From Ruditapes philippinarum (Eukaryota), in the NCBI RefSeq assembly GCF_026571515.1, contig NW_026866227.1:62001-126000 (forward strand): a DNA stretch of 64,000 nt, read 5' to 3'. Positions 35,748-48,187 of this stretch are shown here, piece after piece (position 1 is the stretch's first letter; each line of letters opens with the position of its first letter). Below the pieces are notes generated by a model. The model saw only the letters and a list, made by a program, of their open reading frames with translations. It searched no databases and was not told the DNA's origin. Made by a program: the position numbers and the translations under genes.

Positions 35748-36539
35748 AATGATTATGTATATTGGTATTTTATTCCTGTAAGCTTTTAATATCTTCCATT
35801 CGCTTTATTCGATTGTGGTTCCCTTTTTTAAAATGAATTTTGCAGATAACTCTGAGAAGAAATCATTGATATAATGTTATTGATAGATCCTTACTCTGAC
35901 TTTGTATTCGAATATAAATAAAAGTAACCACACAAATTGACATGTATTCTTTTGTTAACAAACTGTTTTGTGGTAAAATACTTATTGTAATGTACGAATC
36001 TAATAATTTAAATAAGACTGGTTATGGTCATATAGGGATTCATTCATTGTAAAATGCATTGATTATATGGAATGGACCTTATCACATTGAATTATTCTGT
36101 TTTAGCGTAACTACCATATTTGTAGTCCCATTTGTTTAGCATTTTGCCACAGTTTTAGTTGTGTACTATCTTTTATTATGTTAATATAGACCCAAAGCAC
36201 TGAAAGTAATGGACATTAGCGAATGCCATAATAATCAACTCGTCAGTGCGCACCTGTAAACAATTCAATTGCAACTTTTCTGCGGTATTTAGCACGTGAA
36301 TAAATGCCGACATGTTCCGATATCAGTCAAATGTTAAAATATTTATACTGGGATGCATTGTATTCTCAAGATAATTGAACAAATGTCAATTACAGGCACA
36401 ATTTATTGATAAATTTGAATTCCGTCCGAATTATTTCAATATCAATACACATAAGAGTAGTCTGTTTAAAACGGTAATGTAAGGGGTTCCGTTAGGACCA
36501 GCGCGTTTTCTCTTTGAAGTTTCACTTTTCCATAATAAG

Positions 36540-37431
36540 AGTTTATAGGTACACACATTAGTGTCAGGACTGTAACTTTGTCATGCATTGAAGGATTTTA
36601 GAATAACTTGGCATAAATACCAGCCACATTGGAGACGATATGTCGAGTTCAAAAACCCTGTCCCTTCCTTCAAGGTCAATGTCACATTTCTATTGAAGGT
36701 ACTCATTCTCTCGAGAAGAGTTTGAAGATACACATTCATGTCCGAACTGTAACTTTGTCATGCATGGAAGTAATATAAAAATTTGTACCACATCAAGACA
36801 ATGCGTCGTAGCTAAGGCTCAAGTCCGTCTGTCCGTCCGTGTGTCCTCACTTACACAACCATCATGTCCAGACTGTTACTTTGTCCTGCATTGAGGGATT
36901 TTGAAATAACTTGGCAGAAATATCTATCACATGACAACATTGTGTAGCGTCAAAGAACCACGTCCCTTTTTAAAGGTCGAGGTCACACTTATCTTTTGAA
37001 GGTTCACGCTATCACTATGAGAGATTATAGGTACACACATTCGTGTCAGGAATATAACTTTTCCATGCATCGAAGGATTTTAAAATAACTTGGCACGTGT
37101 TGTAAGACCTACCTCCAAGGTCAAGATCACTCTAATAGTTTGAAGGAACTTATGCTCATAAGAGGAGTTTGAAGGTACGCATTAGTTTCCAAACTGTAAC
37201 ATTGTCATGCATTGAAGGATTTAAAAAACTTGGCATAAATGTCTAGCATATCAAGATGATGTATTGCATCCAGGAGACCCTATTCCCAAAGTGTTAAGTG
37301 TGCTATAAACAGCACTTCATTTCACAGCAACAATATTAACCAATTAGTTACTTTCATTCTCTTTTCTTTTCATAAATGTGCACGCTTAAGAATTTTGTCG
37401 GGGGGCATTTGTCACTTGCAAGCTCTTGTTT
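36540..37431 (-). mobile_element. HINE-like element with ~5 diverged internal tandem units
   Basis: Recurring ACTGTAACTTTGTCATGCATTGAAGGATTT..AACTTGGCA..AAGGTCAAGGTCAC units, a (GTCC)n microsatellite at 36822, and the terminus GGGGGCATTTGTCAC..GCTCTTGTTT. Confidence 0.65.
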
Positions 37432-38077
37432 TTTCTGTGAATCGCATATGTTGTTCTCAGTCGGACAGTGAACGCTCAGTATCAGTTGCAGAGCATTTCG
37501 AGTCTAATAAAGAACATAAAGATATATAAGGGTGTGATTTCTCCAGTAGGAAGATTAAAGGCTCATGTTAGCAAATGGCGATCTATCAATGGCGATTCTT
37601 TCATTGTAGACGTTAAAGAAAATGGTTACAAATTGCATTTTAGAAACTTTCCTAGAAAAGTTATGCTTAAAAATAATAAGTCCGCTAGAGACAATTCGTG
37701 TTATGTTTCGGCGATGTTTCTGCAGTAGATCACGTGCCGAAAGTCGTAACTCCGTTGACTGCTTATAATAAAGCCGGAAAAGCAAGGTTGGTTTTAGATT
37801 GTAGGCATGTAAATCAGCTTTTGCATCTTTTCAAAATCAAATTTGAAGATATTTGTATTGCTCAGTCTCTTTTTTGTGCTGGGTTTTTTGCTTTGACTTT
37901 TGATTTGAAAGAAGCTTATCATCACATTAATATTTTTAAACCTCATAGGAAATATTTAGGTTTTTCATGGAATTATAATGGTCAACAAACTTATTTTGTT
38001 TTTAATTCACTTCCTTTTGAGATTGCTAGCTAGCGCAGGGCATATTTTTCCTGTCCGGGCATTAGTTTTGTGCATAC

Positions 38078-41050
38078 GGTCTCAACCCGGTACGGAATTA
38101 GACTCAGCCCGTTGTAGTCTAGAAAGTAGTTCTTTTAAATTTTGAAATGGCCTATTTCAAGTCATCTTAATTGATACTGGTTATATTTTAAGTATATCTT
38201 TAGTAATTGTGTACATAAAGTTTCATTTCTGAGTACTTTAAAGGTTGTTTTTGATGTATTTTTGCAGGATTTCATTTCTGGGTGGAAGGTTTCAGGAGGC
38301 ACTATGCACAAGAATACACACCAGTTACTATTTGGAATAATCTATAGTGATTACAGAAATTAAAAGCTGCAGAAAAACTCCAAGGGCTAATGTATTATTT
38401 TTTGGTGCTAAATTTACTTGGACTGCATTGGTGTTTAAAGAAATGGTCATGAAGTTTCGGTACCGGATTTGCTTTGTCAAGAATTTAGCCTTAAATGTGA
38501 TGGATTTACTATAGGATATATGGGTCGAAAATTCAGTGGGCCGTCTCCTAAATATAAAAAATGAAAAAATGGGAACTGGTTGATGGATATGGATGAAACT
38601 TTGCATCAGTGTTGTGTTTTTGAATAGAAGTCAGGAAAATAAAGGATAACTGACAGGTTTGAAAATTTTAAATTTTATTTTAAATTTTGACATTTTAAAT
38701 TGGGTCATATGTTTGTTATTGTTATCTCCCCTTCAAATGTAGATGTCTGCTACTGTGTCAGTAAGCAGGGAGCAGGGTACAGAGCTTTTGCATGAAAGAT
38801 TTACCACATTTTATTGAATTAAAACTGTAAAAAATGAATTTAAAATTAAAAAATGAAATTTAAATTTTTTAAAAAGCAGTTTACAAATTGATAAATGTTA
38901 TTTTTGCACCCTGTGTTTAGCAATATACAATAAATCTAGCTTATTTTTAGAAGATTCATATAGAAAATGATAATATTTAGAGAAATGCATCTTAAATTAT
39001 GGATAAACTATGCATTGCAAGGAATTGGGGAGTGTGTGGTTTCAGATTGGTTACATTGGTAAAAAAGTGATTGCCAAGCTCATTCCAGAGATCTTAGGGG
39101 CCCAAGAAGCACCGGCCATGGGATTCGAACAAGCACCATAGTAGCATATTGCTCATATGGACCACACATTATATGTTTTGAGTAATCAGTATGTAAATAT
39201 TCACTATTGTCTTGTATTTCAATGAAGCAGAACTGACAATTGAACAGGACAAATGTGATTTATATTTTGGAAATATAGGCATTTTCAGTGTACATGTAGT
39301 GAAACTTGGTGTTTTGCTGTGTTGCAGAATGTATTTGCTATTAATATATACACATTTTCTAGTCATTAAACAGTGTACTTTATGGATAATTGGCTCATTT
39401 AGAATAACACAGTTGATATGATTGTTGTTGTTGTTGTAGCTGCTACAGCAGTTAAATTAGGTTAGGTTTACAATGTCTAAACTGCTATTTTCATGCAGGC
39501 ATGCATTTTTCAGCACACAATATTTATATATGCTCTCCAGTGTGAATTAGCAAATCTAGCCATTGATTAATTAAGACATTATTTTCTTTTTTTTTCAGAT
39601 ATCAGAATTACAGCATAAATGCCTCTTATAATTTTCTTAGGCATGTACTAGTGTTGCATATTTTTCAGACTGTGCAGTTACCAAAGCCTAGGTTTGAGTA
39701 CAGGACCTTACCTTATCCTGGTAAAGATCTATGAAAGGACTCCTTCAGCTCAGTTTGGCAGCAGCTTTGTCAGGACACATTGAGAAGGTAATAACTTATG
39801 TCTAGTTTGAAATTTCAGCTATTGACGGTAGCGACTCCCAATGCTCGGGCAATATTTGGTAGTTATTTTGATGTATATCAGGAGAAAATTTCTCTAATTC
39901 TGACTATATTAAGACTTTTCAATGATTTAAAGTGGGAGACGGTATGTGTCATCTTTTTTAAGCCTTATTTGTGTGAGAGTTGGCTAATCTTACTTTGTCA
40001 GAAGACATAGCCCATGGTGATATGGTAACCTCTTTGCTAACCTTAAGATTACCTCTGTTTGTCTTTATTGATATCTTAAGCAAACAATGTAGGGTGTGTA
40101 TGTTGGTTCTTTACTTTATTTACCATGGTATATATGTGAAAGTCATAATCAGTAAGTTTTATAACAATGTTGAGAGAAATAAATATCAAAAAAGCACATT
40201 TAATTGTGATAACTTGTATTTTAACCCAAAATTTCAAGTTCTCTTTAACAGAAATGGAGTTTCTTATACAATTTTAAAGCAATAAGGTCTTATTATCTCA
40301 TGCAATAACAACATAACATTAGCCGGTAGCATACACTTTATTTAAAGAAAATCCAATGGCAGCATCAAAAGATATAACAGAATTTGTAATATAAATTTTT
40401 GCGTAAAATTCTATTAGCCGAGCCTGATTTTTCGCATGAAGGTTCATATTTAAGAAATGGTACTGAATTAAGGTAATTGGTTAGAGACATGTCAAACCTA
40501 TATGATTGTACTTGTATAACATTAAATTACTAGGAAATGAGTATAAAGTTTGGCTTAACTTAAATTTTGGATTCATTTAGGTCTCAACCCGGTACGGAAT
40601 TAGACTCAGCCCGTTGTAGTCTAGAAAGTAGTTCTTTTAAATTTTGAAATGGCCTATTTCAAGTCATCTTAATTGATACTGGTTATATTTTAAGTATATC
40701 TTTAGTAATTGTGTACATAAAGTTTCATTTCTGAGTACTTTAAAGGTTGTTTTTGATGTATTTTTGCAGGATTTCATTTCTGGGTGGAAGGTTTCAGGAG
40801 GCACTATGCACAAGAATACACACCAGTTACTATTTGGAATAATCTATAGTGATTACAGAAATTAAAAGCTGCAGAAAAACTCCAAGGGCTAATGTATTAT
40901 TTTTTGGTGCTAAATTTACTTGGACTGCATTGGTGTTTAAAGAAATGGTCATGAAGTTTCGGTACCGGATTTGCTTTGTCAAGAATTTAGCCTTAAATGT
41001 GATGGATTTACTATAGGATATATGGGTCGAAAATTCAGTGGGCCGTCTCC
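38078..41050. mobile_element. Non-autonomous DNA element with 471-bp long terminal direct repeats (KolobokP-like)
   Basis: 38078-38548 and 40580-41050 appear identical. GG...CC termini, 4-bp TSD ATAC (38074-38077 / 41051-41054). Splits the Ngaro RT frame. No long internal ORF. Confidence 0.8.
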
Positions 41051-43280
41051 ATACGGTCATTAGGTCATAAGCTGATAATGGCATCGGTGGTCATATTCCT
41101 GAAAGCATTAGAAGGTAGTATATTTGTTTAAAGTATATTGATTGAATTTGGTTTTTTGTTGGCGGAAAAAAGTGTCATTGGTTTCCATGTCAAACAGTAA
41201 CGTGGTTAGGTTTTATATTAAATGTTTTTCAAAATAAGATATTTGTCACAGAAGAACGAATATCTGTCGCAGAAAAATCAATTGAATCTGTACAAAATCA
41301 GATATGTTGTGACAAGTTTAGTGTTATATCGGTCCGTGTGTTAGCGTCTTTGGTTGTACGTTTCATTTCTCTTCAATTTGTGTTTGGTAACATAGTGAGA
41401 TTGAGAACGAGAGAGATGTATAAATGATTCATCTAAAGGGCTAGTTGGGACTCGCCAGTTTTAGTGAGCGAGTCAGCCATGCATGAAATTTTGTAATAGA
41501 GAGAATATTTAAGAAAATTGAATGGATTAGGTAAATCCATGTCTGATATGAAAGTGTACGATATTAACGTTTTTAGTGATGCCAGTGGATCTGGTAATGG
41601 TGGTTATCTATATTTTTACGAGCAAAGACGCTAATTTACACGCTAGTAATAATACCAGTGGATCATTGCTATCCCCGGAAGTGGATTGCATATCGAATGT
41701 TATGTTGAAAACACTGATTCCTCGTATGTGTCCCCGAAAGTGAAAACATATATACTAGATATAACAAAGAATGATACAATTTTTAAATACGAATACGAAA
41801 ATCACCGGATAATGGCTTCTTGAAGAACAGACTAAAAGTTCTTCTTGGCGTGAGGTTTAGGCAATAAATAGGGTTGTTAGAAGTAAGGTACAATTTCTCA
41901 AAAACAAAAATGTGAAGGTGTTTTCAGATAATCAAAATGTAAAATCGATTCTTTTGAACGGTAGTGTTAACACAGAGCATAAAAACATTGCTGTTAGATG
42001 GAGTGCCGATATAGATATATTTTATGAGATATATAATGTATCCTATTTGACAATAATTTATGCAGTTTATAATATTTATCATTCTGATAATAGGTGTTGA
42101 CTTAAAACCTACAATCTGGAGCATGATGGACAACTCTAAAACATGCAACAGTAATTGATCATATGACATGTTATAAAGTACAATCCCGGGCAGTTTCTAC
42201 AGACAGAAATATATGAACAATTTTAAACATTTCGAAGAATATTGTGTTATTTTAAAATGGTTTATTTCCAAGCCCGCTTCATCCATGGTTCTGTCAATGT
42301 ATTTAACGAACATGCTAGATCATAAAAAATCGTACGGTGTTATTTCTTCTACATTGTATTCTATTAAATGGATGCATTCTTTACATGATTACACGGATCC
42401 AACTACGAGGTCTAAGGTTAAACATTTATTACAAACAAGTATGACGGAATGTAATGAACCTGTTAGAAAGAAAGATACAGTAGATTCGGAAATGTTACAA
42501 ACATTATGTTACATGTTTTCAGATACCAGCGACGTAGTAACCTTAGGAGATATGTCAATTATTCTTTTAAGTTTCGCTGGATATTTACGTTTCAACGAAC
42601 TGAATTCTTTAATTTGTTCAAATCTAAAATTTAATGATGATCACTTAGTGTCAAACATTCTTAAGAGCAAAACTGATGTGTAAGGATAATATTATTATGT
42701 CCCGATTTGTAAGAGTACTACTAATGCATGTCCCTTTTATAAGCTTAAAAGGTATATGAAGGCCGCTTGTCTTGATATAACCTGTAATGAATTCTTATTT
42801 AGGCCGCGTAATAGGTCAAAAGGGGTATCGGTGCTTATAAAAAGTAATACAAAATTGTCTTACACACGAGTTAGAGAATGCATTTTGTAAAAATTAAATT
42901 TAGTAGCACCACATTTAAATTAAGGTAAACATTCTTAAAGAGCTGATGGAGTTTCGGTGGTCGCTAGCTCAGGTGTGTCTGAATGATGTTTAAAGAGACG
43001 TCGTGGCCGTTGAAAAACTGATATAGCTAAGGACGGTTATATTGTTGTTTCATTAAACAGTCGATTGTCAATTTTTGCATACTTTTGTATGCACATGAGA
43101 ATAATTAATTGAATTTTAATCTTTTCGTCTCAAGATTTGTATTTTCTAATCTTGTGTCGCCTTGCAGTTGTTGTTGTTTTTGCTAGTGCCTGTTGAAGCA
43201 TTTAGTTCTCCACATTACATCGTATAGACGGAGAATTGTTGTCTCAACAAGTGAGTTTACAAAACTGGCTATAACCAGTT

Positions 43281-43593
43281 AAAACAATCTGGAAACAAAG
43301 TGATCACTCGGAAGCATTAATCACAACAAAATTACAAGAGAATTGCAGACCCGGTTTGATTGAATCTGTACATGAGGGATAATGAAAATGTGCAACATCC
43401 CTCACGCCCCCTAGCATCGGCTTGAGCGGTACTCAACTCTCAACACTTAATAGTGCTGGCATCAATGATCCCGAAGGACCAGAAAAATATAACAACACTG
43501 AAGTGAAGTACGGGGCAACTTTTTACAGCTGCCCCACAGCACTTGACACCTGCTGTTGTGAAGTATAAAAATCTGAAAACAAAGTGATCCCTC
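43281..43593 (-). mobile_element. Structured non-coding element, diverged family B: 284-nt unit with ~25-bp terminal redundancy
   Basis: AATCTGGAAACAAAGTGATCACTC repeats 284 nt later. Shares CGGTTTGATTGA, CACGCCCCCTAGCA.CGGCTT.AGC and GTACGGGG..ACTTTTTACAGC with family A. Confidence 0.75.
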
Positions 43594-45877
43594 ACGTAAG
43601 TCACGTAATAAGAGTTATTGACCGTGCGTCCGTATGTTTAGTTATCAGTTCTACAGAGACTCTCTATTAGTACACGTCTGTAACTACATAAAAATCAATT
43701 TGTGTGTTATGATGTTTATAATTTTTATTTTATTTGTTATATGTAAGAAGCATGTCTGAACTGTTTCAGTTGTTCGGTATATCTAGGGAAAATAGGAGCA
43801 TTTCAATGTTAACATATCGAGAAGACTACGGGAACACGTTTCGTCTTGTTTTTTGTTTTTGGTTTTTTTGCTCTTTTTTTTTTTTAATGAAAATAATAGA
43901 TAGGGAGTTTATCGTGAGAGGCCCGTATTCTGACGAAGAAATATACGGTTACAATTTCGATTTTCGTCAAGGTTAGATACATTCTTGCTTTAATTTAGAG
44001 GTTTGATTAGATTATTAACATTAAGAAAATCGCATTTTCGATTTGTAGCATGCTTATATCTAAAAGAAAACACAATGTTGATGATGATAGCTTAATTTTT
44101 TTTATTAAAGCTATAGAATTATATTGTAATAGCAAAGTATGACTGCAATAACGAATATCTACTTCCCAGTTGTGTTCCAATAAATACGTGTCAATAAATA
44201 AGCCTTGCAGTTGTTGTTGATTTGGTTAGTGCCTGTTAAGCCTTGTCCATATGTGTGCATTTTGGCTCTTTGCAGGACAGATTTTGAATTTCCCGAAACA
44301 TATTATAGGTATAGTTGTTGTGTGTACAACTGTATTTGAGAGACATGTTAAATAATACATAAAATGAAAAGTATTCAAAGCATATTTCAAGCAATTTTGG
44401 AAATTACGTCCAGACGGCATTTTTAAAGGCATATTATGCCTTAGAAACAAATGAATTTTTACTTCTTTAGAAAGGGCAAACATGAACTTTATAATGTTTT
44501 AATAATGGATTTAGTGAATGTAAGATGCTTGTTATCTGAAGAAAGTAGCGATAAATGTGAAATAATTTGTCATAAAAGTAGCAAAATGTAAACAAATAGT
44601 ATTTCGACTTTCATACAAAATACTAATCTACTATAACTGTATTTATTGCCAAAATTCAACATTAAAAAAGCTTTTGAGAAAAAAGAATAAAAGTAATACT
44701 GAGGCATAATGGTCCTTCAAGATATTCCACAATACTTGAATATGATAGGCCTCTTGAGACAAGCATTACATTAAGACGTTTAATTTTATTTGACCGGCTA
44801 AGTAGGTGGTATGAAAAAAGAGAAGACAACATTTCAAACAAATATGTTTATTAAACGTTGGTGATATGTTAACGCAGAAAAAAATCAAATAAGCACAGCA
44901 CAGTACATTTCCGTGTCTGTTATATATTGTATACAAATGTAAACAGCTTTAAATTTAGTATCAATTTAAGTCTAAATACATAGATTTCTGTGAATTTCAA
45001 AAAGGCACAGCTATTTACAAAATTACAAAATTACAAAATGTTAAAAACAAACTAGTCATATTTAAGCAACATGTTTAAATGCTGGTTTTTTTACAATTAA
45101 TTAAAAAGATCGTATTACACACCACTGTGGTATTAAGGAATCTTATAAGAGGAGCGAGGTGGTGCAGTAGTGACGTTATGTACAATTGTTCATTGTCAAG
45201 TTGAGCTGAATTGACAAAATATTTCAAAAGACTGTGACTGTTGTAATGGTGAGTAATTGATAAAATATAGAATTGCCTTAATATAAAAAGACTGCCCTAA
45301 TCTTTTTATAAAGAAGGTAAAAGGTAATTTCCGATGGATATCTATAGAAATTTCCTGGAGACATGTTAGTTTTTTATCGTTTATAAAATTAAAAGGAAAT
45401 ATGACAAAATGAAACAAAATTTGATTTTCACCTTGGATGTGCATAATGTCACTTTAATTCAAATTGGCTGATATTATCTTGAGAAATATTAAGTTGGATT
45501 GCCTGCTACTCTTTTGAAAGGTATACAGTCTCCCTGTTGAGATTTTAAAAGCAAAGGTCCGAGTAATATGAAACTGCGTTTTTCTTTGCTATCATGGGCT
45601 TTTGTAACTGTTTCATCATCCACTTCACCTACATAAACACACGTCAGGGGCGGACCGAGTTGACAAGATGAATGCCTGTAGCAGCTATAGATAAAGTAGA
45701 TTGAGTTTTTTTTCATACAAAATACAAATACTGTTTATAAAATGGTGATATAGTTGTACAATGTAACATGCATAATTGATCTATAGTTTATACAGTATCC
45801 CGTCTAAAATTAAACATTTGTGAGAAATAGTGTATAATGTTTCTCTGCACTATCTTTTCTCCTCAGTTAAATTGTTG

Positions 45878-48187
45878 TTACTCTATTTCTACGACTGACA
45901 AGTCACTGCTGGTCTCTTTCCGTTTTAGCCTCATCTTTCCGCCAGCACAAGTATTTTGAGCTTTTAATTTTACTTGTGGTCCACCAAGTTTTTCATGGAT
46001 TTGGTTCATAATATTACGATCATGATTCCTGAAATTAACACAAGATCCAACATGGAGAAACGCTTTAACTTGAGCATGGCTAACGTTACTGGCGGAAACA
46101 TAATCAAAATTAACAAGGACGATCTTTTTACATCTGTTATTTCTAAAGTTATTCCATGCGTATTTCCATTCGCAGACAGTTGGTGAGCGTTCATCGTCAT
46201 CCTTATGGAAAAAATTATTTGTCAGTAAAATCAAAACAGCACGTGAGCGTTCAATTGCGTGTAAAGCTTGATCCGCACGTACATCTCCAAAACTAATATC
46301 TCTATAGGGAATAAAAACTTTATATCCCAGATTGGTGAGATAGTTATCAAGATGTTTATTGACCCAAGATAAACTATCATTATTGTTCTCATCAAGCGTA
46401 ATATACACGTCATACAAAAATTCAGGGAGTGTCATAGAATTCTCCTTTCTTTTCCTTCTCATTTGGAGGTAAACAATTAGAACCTCGTATTTAAATTTAT
46501 ATATAACAACAGCAGAAGCTACACAGAGAACAGTTATTCCTCCTATAATGCTACTGATCATTGTAACCAGAATATTCGGCTCCGAGCAATCTAAATCATC
46601 TACGTTAAATAAACTGGCTGGGATAATTCCTTTTCCTGGTACATTGCAATAAAACTGACCGGTTTTGCAATCTTTCGATTTCAGCCATTCGGCAATCCAT
46701 TGAGAGTCGCAGTCACAATCTATGGTGATGTCATCAATGATGATTAAGCAAGCGTTCCGGTATTGAAAAGTCTGCGGTAGTCTAAGGAGACGATCATTGT
46801 TCCTTAAATCTATAACTGCAGCATCAAGCTGCCTTGCTATAGTGTCATTTATTTCACGGATATCGTTGTTACTTAAATCTAAGTTAGACAATTTTGACAA
46901 GTACGGCCCATCAGGTATATACCTTATTGCATTACCAGACAAATTCAGAGACACCTGTGATGAATATGTGGAATTTGGAATGGTAGGGAAATGTTGGAGA
47001 GAAGGGATTGCATTTGAACAGTCTATGATTAGAGTATCTTTGTTCGGTTCATCAACGCATGTACATTGTGGTGATTGGCATCCTGAATCTGCACCGAGTG
47101 GACAAACTAAATCTGAAAGATTTAAATTTGGAATAGAGACACCCATAAGCAGTTCTGGAGCTGTACACTCTACCACAAAATAATCCCGCCAAAGAGCTTC
47201 AATTATATCTTTTGCCAACGACAAATACGGCTGTAAAGCACAGTCGCATACTATTGGTATCCCCCGTAAGTCAAATCCGAAATTCCAGACTTTACCTAAT
47301 ATGCTGATGTCGTCTATATTCAGAAGCGTTTTCAAATCAGGAAATTTTTGAAGGGAATTATCTTGTAAGTTTAAAAATCCGGGTCCATAATTTTCACTAG
47401 TATCTAATGTAAACTCGGCATGGTTAACAAATTCAGTTATGCCATTTGATGCGACGTTAATTTCACAGAAAGGAAATGGTGGCAAAATGTTAGACACATC
47501 TAGAGTTTTTAACTGATTGTTACTTATGTCTACATACAGTATGTGTTGATTTGTAGAGGAGAAAGTATTTGGTTCAAGCACTGTCAATTTATTACCCTCT
47601 AATCTTAGTGTTCGCAAATATGAAAGGTTTACAAAAGACGTATTTGACAAGTATGAAATACTGTTGTACCGTAAGTTTAACTCATCGAGTTTATACAAAC
47701 AACTGATGTCCGCTAGTACTTTTATGTCGTTGTATTCAAAGTTGATAAGCACTATTCTAGCTCTGTACAAAGAAATATTTGAAAATGCAGTAAACAAAGC
47801 TCCTAAGTGTGTATCGTTTACGTCTTTGCATAAATTAATTGGGAACTCTTTCATTTCTGAATGACTTCTGTATATCTTGTAAACGTTGGACTCCGAGGAT
47901 TGATTGTTTGATAGTACAATGTTTTTTCCAGTGAATGACAACTCTTCTATATATAAATCAATTTCTTCTCCCATCCACGAGGTACACGAGTTGCACGAGC
48001 AACAGTTCTTTTCCGCGTTTTCGTCAAAACATTTGTTATCACAATAAAGATCGTCTCTGTTGTCAGACCAAGATGGCGTCCATGGCTTTGCGTTACCATC
48101 ATTACAACCAAGGGCATCTGTTGCCAATGGTGACGTAATAATGATTTGAAGTAAGAAAATAGATCTTACTATTTTAAGAGCACACAT
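45878..48187 (-). CDS. Toll-like receptor, multi-cysteine-cluster type, copy 2, 769 aa
   Basis: ATG at 48187 (MCALKIVRSIFLLQIIITSPLATDA signal peptide) just after a TTTTCAG acceptor. Same LRR-LRRCT-LRRNT-LRR-LRRCT-TM-TIR layout as copy 1; single coding exon. Confidence 0.93.
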   Translation of the reverse strand: MCALKIVRSIFLLQIIITSPLATDALGCNDGNAKPWTPSWSDNRDDLYCDNKCFDENAEKNCCSCNSCTSWMGEEIDLYIEELSFTGKNIVLSNNQSSESNVYKIYRSHSEMKEFPINLCKDVNDTHLGALFTAFSNISLYRARIVLINFEYNDIKVLADISCLYKLDELNLRYNSISYLSNTSFVNLSYLRTLRLEGNKLTVLEPNTFSSTNQHILYVDISNNQLKTLDVSNILPPFPFCEINVASNGITEFVNHAEFTLDTSENYGPGFLNLQDNSLQKFPDLKTLLNIDDISILGKVWNFGFDLRGIPIVCDCALQPYLSLAKDIIEALWRDYFVVECTAPELLMGVSIPNLNLSDLVCPLGADSGCQSPQCTCVDEPNKDTLIIDCSNAIPSLQHFPTIPNSTYSSQVSLNLSGNAIRYIPDGPYLSKLSNLDLSNNDIREINDTIARQLDAAVIDLRNNDRLLRLPQTFQYRNACLIIIDDITIDCDCDSQWIAEWLKSKDCKTGQFYCNVPGKGIIPASLFNVDDLDCSEPNILVTMISSIIGGITVLCVASAVVIYKFKYEVLIVYLQMRRKRKENSMTLPEFLYDVYITLDENNNDSLSWVNKHLDNYLTNLGYKVFIPYRDISFGDVRADQALHAIERSRAVLILLTNNFFHKDDDERSPTVCEWKYAWNNFRNNRCKKIVLVNFDYVSASNVSHAQVKAFLHVGSCVNFRNHDRNIMNQIHEKLGGPQVKLKAQNTCAGGKMRLKRKETSSDLSVVEIE

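Larger units (their letters stand above)
22340..35890. repeat. Segmental duplication, copy 1 (TLR + vWA gene cassette)
   Basis: Collinear homology with 44250-58320, from TGTGTG..TTGGCTCTTTGCAGGAC through both genes, the shared Tc1 insertion and the vWA 3' UTR (GTTATTG..AGATCC). Confidence 0.92.
37470..44240 (+). mobile_element. Decayed tyrosine-recombinase retrotransposon (Ngaro/DIRS group): RT, RNase H, YR
   Basis: RT: KARLVLDCRHVN..KIKFED..FDLKEAYHHI..YLGFSW..FNSLPF (37698-38033), resuming at 41051 (DNGIGG, WLGF). RNase H: FSDASG, KVFSDNQNV. YR: LLSFAGYLRFNEL..KSKTD (42213-42683), then degenerate FRP, LSYTRVRE, KHS, DIAKDGY. Split direct repeat at 43158-43199 / 44202-44241. Confidence 0.85.

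Noticed and set aside
38328-41084. Twin ORFs 38328-38606 and 40830-41084 as duplicated genes
   Set aside because: They are identical only because they lie in the terminal direct repeats; no recognisable domain.
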